The notes beneath the pieces are model-generated. The model did not search any database, was not told where the DNA came from, and worked only from the letters and a program-made list of their open reading frames with translations. A stretch of 64,000 bases of DNA, from the NCBI RefSeq assembly GCF_009914755.1, contig NC_060934.1; one strand, 5' to 3'. This document shows, one piece after another, positions 53,321-64,000 of the stretch (positions are counted from its first letter, which is position 1; every line of letters begins with the position of its first letter). This DNA is from the human T2T-CHM13v2.0 reference genome, Homo sapiens. A program made the translations under genes and the position numbers.

Positions 53321-55124
53321 GTAAGACTCCAAAAAGGAAGGTACTCTACTTAATGGATTGGGAAAAATTAGCACAACTGGAGAATGTGAAGGACAAAATG
53401 ATGTGACATATACATACAAAGTTCTGAAAGGCAGGGAAAGCTTAGCACTTTTTAATGCCCATTCCCATTCAAATATACTCAATTTGAAGTTATTCAATAA
53501 AGTCAAATAATAGGTAAATACATATGCATACAAGAAAATCAGAAAATCTTAAAATATTTAATCCAAAATGAAGCAAGAAGGATCTTATGTGGTCTGAATA
53601 TTGTCACTTTTTATAAAACCAAGCCTTTCCTCCTTCAGCAGAGAAGGCTGAAGGTGAACAGGACCAACAGAGATCAAACAGGGGCACAGAACAGAAAGTA
53701 GGGGGAGGAAGAAGAGATGTTTTATTCCAGAAATGAAGGAAAGTAAATTATGTTTTTGTATCCCAAAGTCTTAGAGGGTTAGGCATGGTGGCTCATGCCT
53801 GTAGTCCTAGCACATTGGGAGGCTGAGGCAGGAGAACTTGAGCTCAGGTGTGCAAGACCAGCCTGGACAACAATAGTGAGATCCCATCTCTACACCCCCC
53901 ACCCCCAAACACACACACACATCTTAAAACTCTGTTAGACTCCATTGATGCATTACTAGTGTTTGGGATCAACTGGGTCTTTGGTCAACTGTGCTAGTAG
54001 GAATGAAGGTAAATACTTTTAACAAAGAGCAGGAGTCCACGGCTGGCTAAGCTAGATAGTGAATGGGCTTGGTACACAGGTGTCGGCCACAGAGCTGATG
54101 CCATTAGACACATGGCCTAAAAATCAAGACCACCCTGCTGACAAAGTAATCTGTGCATCCAGCTCACCAGAGGAAACTAAAGACACACCACCCATGATGT
54201 TTATTATTTATCAATCTCAGTAAAGCTGGAGGAAGGGCTAGGGATAGAATGACGTATGTACTACAATGGGAACTTTTAAGTCATTCCTTCTATTCTGAAC
54301 AGAAACCAACTAAACAGTTATTTTATGTTAACTGGTATCCAGATGTTTCCAAAGAATATTAGTGAAATGCAGACATCTGCAACTATACACAGCACAAAGC
54401 ACTGATCTGATTTTTAACTTAATTACCACAGATATTCCTTAGTATGCTCAAGTCTAATGAGCAGTGCATGCTAAGTTTCTCTAGGAGAAATAAAAATCAA
54501 AAGCAAAAACTAGCTTAAGTTGCTATAGTGATGAAGAAAACAAACCAGCTCATTACTTTAAAAAAGATTCAGTGAAAACCACAATTGACTAAGCTTGAAT
54601 TTTTCTTCCTTTTCCTAGCTGACTCAAAAGCAAACACACAAAAGCCTCCAGCTAGAGTCACTGTTTTTTTTTTTATAATTAATCATTAACAAAACATTTA
54701 TGAAAATTCAAATGGTTTTAAAATTACTTGAACCTGTTTCTCTTAATAGGGTTTGATTTATTCATCAGAAATCTGATTTCCAGCTGTACTCTCTCACTTT
54801 TCAGGAACTATTTATAAAATAACCAAGAGTTCTACCACAAGCACAGAACCCCCAGAAAAGCAAAAAGGCCTCAGAACAACTCTTAATATTCATACGTTAA
54901 CACTCTTGCCACTTACTCATCAGATCATATTTTTTCACTTAATATTAATGTACTTTCTAATCCACAATAATGTAGCGTAACTTAATTTAAAATGAGGAGA
55001 GGAAGGTTAGAAGCAGGGAGGAACTATTAATGACCACCCGTAAGTAATGACCATCTGAAATACTATGTCTCAGATAAAAATTCAGACATTCAGTATGGGG
55101 AAGGAGCACTGCATATAGGAGCTA

Positions 55125-55526
<402 letters not shown>

Positions 55527-58032
55527 TTAATTCATTGTCTAAATCTTTTATTTTAACCTGAATAAATTTTGAAAAGACAACTAAGCTTTCTGGGAAGCAA
55601 ATGTTTAGCTGATATTGGAAAAATATAATGTAGTGACAGATCAAGAAAAAAAAGGAAAAATACTTTTTTTCATTAAAAATTTAAAATTATAATACATATG
55701 TATGTATTTCTGTCAAAATTGAAATACAAAAAGAAATCTGAAGACTCCCTTGACTACCACTTGTGACTCCAGTCTTCTCTAAGTGTACATCCTTCCAAAT
55801 CATATTCCCTGCAGTTATATATGTACATATCCATAAAACATACAGCTTTCTTTTATGTTAGGTATTTAACTTACAGCCTGATGGATGAAAGATTATGCAT
55901 TAAAAGGGGGATCTTGTTAATTTTTTTGGTAGATTCTTTTATTCTGATCTTGATTAACAGTAAACTTAGTTGCACTTTCACACCAAATACCTCTTGGAAA
56001 CAGAAATGATGCTAGTTAAAATGGCGAATATAAAGTTGGACTTAGTAAAAGACAACAGTAACTTGTTATTAAAAACTTTCAAAGGGATACCTCAGGTATC
56101 CAGTTTCATGTAAATTACTTACAAGTCTAGGTGATATTTGAGATGGGTCTTAAGAGAGGAAGAGGAATCCTAGGGAGGGGGAGGCGAGGCATGGACAGGC
56201 AGAAGGACTGCACTGTGCAAGGGCATGATGGAGAGAAGTACATGCCTAGTTTTCCAGTTTTCCTGAGGATAATTTTACACCAGATCTTCTTTATTTTAAA
56301 AATCCAATCCTTTTTCTTAATAACCCCTGTCTGTTCCTGATACCACCATTTTTTTCTACCAGTCTCTCAGGCTAGAAATTTTGTAGTTATCTTTGCCTCT
56401 TCTCTCCATCCTGTAAATCCTACCTGTTGGGAATACATTACTGTCCTTTCTTCAAAATGTTTTATCTGTCTTTTCTTTTTCATTCTCTGCTATTAACTAT
56501 AACTTCATTCTCAGTTCCACTGCTGCCTAGCTTTCTGTGTCCTGCTAGGTTCATCATTATCCATCCAACAAACATAAAAGGAAAACTGTTTCTACTCACA
56601 CACTTCTGAAACCAAATGTGTGGGTTTTCCACACTAAGCAGTTCTCCAGTTCTCTCTGCAGATACAAACCGGGTGTCCTGCAATTCACTTCTGAATTGCC
56701 ATCAACTAAGATCATAAGACTGCTGAGCAGTTGGTTTGAGAGGGAAGATTCTGAGTTCTGTAGGGCATATCACTTTGGAAATGTCCATTAAACATCCAAA
56801 TGGATATCTCATGGAGGCAGCTGGAGTTCAGGTTAGAGGTCTGAGTCACTGATAAAACTTTGGGAGTTGTTGGCAAATGATAGCGTATTGGTCAGAGTCC
56901 GATTAGGAAAGAGAAGCCACACAGTCATTTGAACAGGAAAAGTGTACATAGGGAATTGTTAATTGCAACAGGGAAGTGGAGTAACCAGGCACAGACTAGT
57001 AGGAAGTATAGGAGGAGCAGCTACTAGTCTAGGGCTCAGGTAGAGAACTCAGGAGAGTCCTCCCCTCTTAGTGCCCTGCCCCTGCACCTCATCAGAGGAA
57101 CCCAGCCATGGCCCTCTGCTTGTCAGGAGAGTCACCGATGCTATACCACTGGAACTTACTAGAAATACTTCCTTAGGTGCTGGGGAAAGGAGCAGTGTCT
57201 CAGAAGAGTTACTCTACAATAAAACTGCCTGGAGCTGGTGAGAGGAGTGGGACCTGCTGGGCACTGGCCACTGTGTCCCTGGTGAAGTCAACCGCCTGCA
57301 GGAGCCAGGCGAGGGAGCATAGGAGAACCAGTAGCAAAGACAGCTTTCACCTACAAAGTCTCTCCATTGCTCTAGATAGGAGGTGGTGGTCAGAGTGGGA
57401 TACTGTGAGGGTTGCAGTCCTTGGACCTGACAAGGTCTAAGGTCTGATCATGGAGGGAGGGGGAAGCTGAGGTAGGGCAGAGGACAAGAATGGGCTTCAT
57501 GAGACCAAAAGGATGTTAGAAGGATTATTTACCCAGATACTGACATCTCCAAGAAGTAAGAGGCCTAGTGTGAAGAAGTTACAACATCCTAAGCTCTTCA
57601 GGGATAAGGGAAGCATGCGCCACGTAGGTAGCCTCCCTAGTGCAGCACCCAGTATATAGCCTATGCAGAGTGAATACCTGGGGGCTGCTGGGGGTGATAA
57701 CAAGGTCACTGTGACAGGACCTGAAGCCTGGGGGTCTCGGCGACAGGAGTGGGCCTAGTTTTTTGATGTAGAATTGAGCCTTGCATGCACCGGTGGGATC
57801 ATATTGAAAAGAAACCCTCCAAGACTAGAGGAAGATGCATCCTCTGACAATGTAGTCTCTGTAGGCGTCCCAAGTAGCTGGGCTGGGGATTAGATGGGCT
57901 CCAAGGCATTTCCTCAGGTGGCAATGGGTGGATCCCTGGGAAGGCAAAGCTGTGCAGGAAGAAAATGGCAAGATGCTACCTTCCCTCAGGGAAAACCCCT
58001 TTCCCGGGAGCAGGGAAGGCGAGGCAGTTTAG

Positions 58033-58420
<388 letters not shown>

Positions 58421-58499
58421 CAAAAGAGGGCTATAGGGCACCCCCAGAACGTGAGATCTCCCTCGTCTGTCATCTTTACAGAGGAGGAAGTGGACTCCC

Positions 58500-59230
58500 A
58501 ATCCAGCCATAGTCCATTCGCCCCGGGCACGGTGACTCCGGGGCGGCCAGAACCAAATGTGTCTCCTGGCTTTTGCACGGCATCAAGTAACCCGCGCCAG
58601 GCCGCACAGCTGCCCTGGCCTTCAGCAAGGACTCCGCGAGCGAGGTGCAAGCTGCTGGGGAGTGCCACAGCAGGAGCTGAGGCAGCGGATTCCGAGGGCG
58701 GGGTGGGGCTGAATCGGGAGGGACGCGGACCCGGTGGAACGCACTGCGCAGACGGCGCCGGCGCCAGCACTCGGCCGTTGACGAGTCTTTCTTCCAGCTG
58801 TCCCCTGCAAGTCGTCCAGGCGGCGGTCCCTTTTTTTCTGCCTTTTTGTTTACCTCCGGCGAGTCGGCGCGAGGGTGAATTTCCGTTTCCGGCGGTGTCC
58901 AAGCGGACCTAAGGAGTCGCAGTTGTGAACAGGTTAGGTGCCGCGGGCTGGGGTAGGCGGCGGTTGGGTCCGTGGCTCTGGGGCACTGGGAAGATCGCGA
59001 GTCGTGCGCGTGGGAAGGTACTCCCCCGGTCCTCCGGGTCATCTTTGCTCCCCAGGAGCGGCATATTTCGCATCTGCCTGAGGTGTGCCCGAGGGTCGTT
59101 GGGAGAGTGACGGGATGAATCCCTGCAGAGAGCCCGGACTGGGAGGGAAGGTGTCGGGGAGACGTCGTTTCCTGGCGACGTGGTCCCGGCAGGCGACTTA
59201 GACCTGAGCCGAATCTGTTGACCCCAAATT
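58500..59230. promoter_or_regulatory. CpG-island promoter of BMS1P, likely bidirectional
   Basis: Dense CpG; tandem ETS/GABP-type TTTCCGTTTCCGG at 58880-58892 just ahead of non-coding exon 1 (donor CAG/GTTAGG at 58933). Confidence 0.8.
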
Positions 59231-60024
59231 GTGCTTTTCCCACCAAGAAGAAAAGGGAGAGAAACAGTACAAGTTCGGCAGTAAAATATAGTAGACAAGC
59301 AATATAACCTCTGAAATCACACAGCTATTCAGTTTCAAAGCGTTCCTAGTGCCCAGCTCTCCTAACTCCCGGCCAGTGTTCCTTGACATATGGTGATATA
59401 TAAAGACTTTCTGTTTCCGCTCGTGTGTGTGTCTGTGGGAAGCCTTTGACTCACTTCTGTGCTCCAGTAGCACCCTCTGCAGCCTTGCAATGTAGCTCTT
59501 ATTGCATGGCACGGAAGATACTAGTTTGGATTTCCTCTGTCAATCAGACCATAGCTATATCCATTTTCTGGCACAGTGGCTAGCACATCATAGACAGACA
59601 CAAACGTTTATTAAACGGAATGAATACAGGACCTTAACTGAATGAAATGGCACCCTGCCCCGCTTTTTCTCAATCAAGCTGTCAGATTTTATGCAGCCCG
59701 ATATTCCAAAAAAACTCACAGATTCAGTGACTACCAATTTATTGGCCACAGATTCCCAGGTACCTCAGAAATCACTGGAAGGGTCTCTGTAAGTCCATGG
59801 GGTCTCCAGGCATCATCTAGAACCAGTCATATCTCACACATACAGATATTGCTATTTTTCAAATGTATGTAGATGAGCTGTAATTTAGAAGTTTTAGAGT
59901 CAACAGGTACTAAAAGTAATACTGCTATCCTATTGGAAGTTCATAAAAACGTTTTAAATTTTTTATTGAAATTTAAGTTCTGGTTTAAGTTAGGAAACCA
60001 CTTCGTTAGTCCAGTCGATGTCTA

Positions 60025-60200
60025 GGTCTGAGCTGTCCAGTATGGTAGCCACATGTGACTATTTACAGTTAGAATGAAATTAATTAAGAATTCATTTTTT
60101 CAGTTTCTCTGAAGTACATTTTAAGTAACCACATGTGGCTAATGGCTAAATGGCTGAAAAGTACAGATATAGAATATTTCCATCCTTGCAGAAATAGGTA
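60025..60200 (+). mobile_element. MER3/MER33-type hAT-Charlie fragment
   Basis: GCTGTCCAGTATGGTAGCCACATGTGACTATT...AACCACATGTGGCTAATGGCTA...CAGATATAGAATATTTCCATCCTTGCAGAAA. Confidence 0.65.
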
Positions 60201-62281
60201 CTGGTGATGTTGACACTTGAGACGAGTAAAAAGTAACTTAACCATAGAATGTAACCTTAGCAGAGGTAACTCATCTAATTTATAGCATAACAGAGAGAAA
60301 TGAAATTGGGGATGGTTAAGCAGTTTCTACCCTTGTTCAGTGAACAAATACATCATGTCTTCATAAAGAAATAAATGAAATTTAATGTTTTTCCCTGGGT
60401 ATTGCCTGGATTGTAAAATGCTTCTCCCACCTCCTTACCCCAACCTTCTTCCTTGTAGGTTAGAGTTACTTGTTATTGGTAAATAGCCACTATGGAGACT
60501 AAGGACCAGAAGAAACACAGAAAGAAAAACAGTGGACCCAAAGCTGCAAAGAAAAAGAAGTGGCATCTGCAGGATCTCCAGCTAGGAGACGAAGAAAATG
60601 CCCAGAAGAGAAATGCCAATGCTTTTGCAGTTCAGTCTGCTGTGTGGATGTCTCGATCCTTTCACAGGTGTGTTTAGCTACAGTCTGATGGTTCTTCCAT
60701 TGAATCTTTTTAAATAGTTAGGAGCCTCTCACAGGTGACATTTGGATTCACAAGTCTAGTCCAGCTCCAAAGGACATGGAGATGCATGCTGTGTGGCTTT
60801 TACTAAAACGTGAGAGGACTTGCCATAGAAGCTGCCTTGCCTCCAGCATCTGCACACTGGTTGGTGTTTCTTGCCCAAGATACAAGAATTTATAGAATTT
60901 GATTCTTCCTAAACTTTAAACTGTTTCTATGGTGATAAGTGTGCTTTTTCCCTCTGGATATGTTTTACAAAGTTGTAATATAAAATACAAAAATTACAAT
61001 ATGTAATACTAACATAGTTTTATTTAGTGAGTCCTTATGATATTCTTAGCAGTGTACTTTAAACGTTATTCAACTAAATCCTTCCAGCAGCCTTACCAGA
61101 GTAGGAATCATTCTTGCCCTCATTTTATGGACAAGAAAACTGAGGTCAAGAAAACAAGTTACCTCCCATCATACAACCAGTAAGTCGGAGAGCCAAATTT
61201 AACTCCAGAACCTCTGCTCTTATCTGTTATGATGCACTGCCTCAGTATTTACCTTTTGGTTTTTAAAAAACTATAAAAATCACTCATAAAACAGTCAGAT
61301 TTAAGGAGTGTTTAATTTTCAACTCTATACTATTGAAGTCATCTTGTTACATCTTTATTGAACAGCAATTGATTTGGATAGGGGTCAGAAGTTAATAATT
61401 GACAAGTTACTTATATTTTTATATTGTCTGTTGTACTCTCTATAAAATATACTAAAGTACTCATATCTGTAATTATACTAAAAAAAAGTCTACTTATAAG
61501 GTTGATACCTTTTACTCTATTTTAAAAGTGAGTTTACTTTTTTTTTCTTTTTTAAATAAATAGGACTCTGGATTTGAAGACACAAAAGCATCATATTCCA
61601 GTGGTTGATGGAACTCCACTAGAGCCGCCACCAATAGCGGTAGTGGTGACGGGGCCTCCAAAGTTGGAAAGAGCACTTTGATATAATGCCTCATTCGGAA
61701 CTTCACCTGGCAGAAGTTCACCGAGATCAGAGGCCCTGTGACGATCGTGTCAGGTAGGAGATGCCGCCACAGACACAGACTTGGTGTGGCTGTTGTCATC
61801 TGAGGGACATGCGTGTGTTTGTTGTTTTCTTGAGTGGAACATGTTAAATATTGTCATATCATGTTACCTCTCTCTTACTTTTACTAAGTTAGCTATAACT
61901 TCATAAAAGGATAAGTTCCCAGAGATAAGGATGTGATACATACCTTATCCTGACTGCTTTATGGCTTTGCCAAGCATGTTCCTTGGAAGGGCCTGACAGG
62001 CCTGGTCACTGCGAACACACCATTTAACAGACAGCACGTACCTCCTATGTGCCAGGTGCACATGCTTGCCCTTATGAAGCCACATGCTGGTGGAAGTGCG
62101 CGTTTTCTCTTTTTCCTATGAGAATTTGTCTGCTTTGGGAGATGGTGACCTTTCCAAGTTTGAGGGAAGATGAAACAAACATCCAGTGGTAGAATGGCAA
62201 TGTACACTCTGAAATCTCTTATTATTGCAGTAATATAGTTGGATTGAGGCTTTTCTTTATCTTTGGCGCATCCATATTTTA

Positions 62282-62591
62282 TTTTCCTTTTTTTGAGACA
62301 GAGTCTTGCTCTGTGGCACAGGCTGGAATGCAGTGGTGTGATTACAGCTCACTGCAGCCTTAACCTCCCAGGCTCAAGCAATCCTTCTACCTTAGCCTCC
62401 TGTGAGTAGTGTATGCCACCATGCCTGGCTAATTTTTCTTTTTTTTCCTTTTTTTAAATTTTTATGTTTTTGTAGAGATGGGATTTCCCCATGTGGCCCA
62501 GGCTAGTCTCAAAACTCCTGGGCTCAAGGGATCCACCTGCCCTGGTCTCCCAAGGTGCCAGGACTACAGGCATGAGCCACTGTGCCCAGCC
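62282..62591 (-). mobile_element. Alu (AluJ-type)
   Basis: Reverse dimer. Confidence 0.88.
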
Positions 62592-63813
62592 AATATTTTC
62601 TTGATCATTTTCTTATTACCTTAATTTAGAAATAATTATCATTGTAAATATTCTGTTGCATTATGTTTGAGGATGTTTTTAGCGATAGTGGGAATACAGG
62701 AAATTTTGATAGAGGTGAAGACATTGGCCTGCAGCTGAACAGCAAGATCATGGTTATCGTGGAGCCTGTCTAGTCAGAATTTTCCCTGTTTTGAGCACTT
62801 TTATTCATCTGGGTAGGCTTTTGATATTATCTAAATTTAGAACACAGGAAGAAAAACAGGATGGAATTTATTTTACCAGTTTTTGCCTATAAAAATGAAC
62901 TTCTGGTACACTCCTGTAAACGTATGTGGTGTTTTACTGGATGCAGTTAAAAAATGAAAATTAAGAGTTGATGGTTAGAGTTTTTTCAGGGTCTTTTTAA
63001 AGTAAAATTTTCATCTTTTCACTTATAGGTAAAAAGCGCAGACTCACCATTATTGAATGTGGGTGTGACATTAACATGATGATTGATCTGGCTAAAGTAG
63101 CAGATCTGGTAAGTGAGCAGGGGCAGCCTGGGGTGCTGATGGAGACTTACAGCATTGTGGTAGGTTATTTACCCCGTGATGAAGGGAAGAGAGTTTTGTG
63201 ATTATTAAAAGGATCATGGTCATTATCAGGGATATAGTAGATGTGATTGAATTGATGATGATAATAATAATAGTAATAAATGTTGTCATATTAATAATAC
63301 AAATGGAATGTGCACAATGAAATGTGTTCCAAAATCTAAAAGCAGATCACAGGATGGAGAAAACCTTTAATGAACACAGCTAATAAGAGCTCATTTACAT
63401 GCATACATATATATGTACAAATATATCATAGTAAGTACCATTTCTTCTTGGACCCTTCCTGGCACTGTGCTAACTGCTTTCTACAAATTTAGCTTACATA
63501 CACCCTTGAGGTGAGTAGGTATTATCTATAGTTTACATAAGATGAAATAGAGCCTCCCAGCAGTTAAGTAACTTGTGTGAAGATGGGACCCTTGTTCCTG
63601 ATGGTTCTAGAACCTTCATCCTTAATGATAATGCTAAAGTAAGTACATGAATTGCCTGAAGAAGTGGTCAGAGTTTATCAATAGAAAATTCAGGCAGTAC
63701 TCAGCGTGTGGAAAATGTACATGCTCTTGCATTTATGGAAATGATAATGTTCACTATTTCTGATATTCTATGAACTATCTTTTACATTGGCAAAAAAAAA
63801 AAAAAAAAAAAAA

Positions 63814-64000
63814 GGCCAGGCACAGTGGCTCATGCCTGTAATCCCAGCACTTTGGGAGACCGAAGTGGGCGAATCACCTGAGGTCGGGAGTTTGAGACCA
63901 GCCTGACCAACATGCAGAAACCCCGTCTCTACTAAAAATACAAAATTAGCCGGGTGAGGTGGTGCATGCCTGTAATCCCAGTTACTTAGGAGGCTGAGGC
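63814..64000 (+). mobile_element. Alu (AluS-type), runs off the window end
   Basis: GGCCAGGCACAGTGGCTCATGCC..., preceded by a long A-run. Confidence 0.92.

Larger units (their letters stand above)
58880..63108 (+). pseudogene. BMS1P: Unprocessed BMS1 (ribosome biogenesis GTPase) pseudogene: exon 1 ending 58932, exons 60459-60667, 61564-61753, 63029-63108; likely continues beyond the window
   Basis: ATG 60492 METKDQKKHRKKNSGPKAAKKKK...FAVQSAVWMSRSFHR; exon 3 TLDLKTQKHHIPVVDGTPLEPPPIAVVVTGPP with a 1-nt deletion in the GPPKVGKS P-loop (61660-61662) and TAA at 61684 in the original frame; exon 4 GKKRRLTIIECGCDINMMIDLAKVADL; canonical splice sites. Confidence 0.96.

Noticed and set aside
63092-63289. 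Hydrophobic Ile/Thr-rich 65-aa ORF (signal-peptide-like)
   Set aside because: Comes from a low-complexity (ATN)n tract in a BMS1P intron.

Overview
Primate (very likely human) genomic DNA with no intact protein-coding gene. It reads as a mosaic of segmentally duplicated blocks. The pseudogene combination fits the chromosome 10q duplication clusters (most likely 10q11.2), but the paralog numbers cannot be fixed from sequence alone. From left to right: (i) 1-20.7 kb is an AT-rich, Alu-poor block with a 50-bp x7 VNTR, an unidentified 3'-UTR-like retrocopy and a near full-length L1PB carrying an MLT2 solo LTR. (ii) 21.0-31.3 kb holds a decayed, intronless POM121/NPAP1-like pseudogene (- strand), divergent from an unprocessed cathepsin L pseudogene (+ strand; promoter and exons 2-4, premature stop). 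(iii) 31.3-41 kb is a very dense Alu/old-L1 field. (iv) GLUD1 exons 2-4 (- strand) carry a 3.7-kb processed DUSP8 pseudogene in intron 2. (v) From about 58.4 kb is the CpG-island promoter and exons 1-4 of a BMS1 pseudogene (+ strand; P-loop frameshift). I found no clearly new biological system. The best leads are the frameshift-hidden POM121/NPAP1-like retrogene, a new strong-Kozak ATG opening a 407-aa catalytically dead DUSP8 ORF that the head-to-head BMS1P promoter could transcribe, and the tailless insertion structure of that retrocopy. Parent-gene comparisons are from recalled sequences, not database searches.
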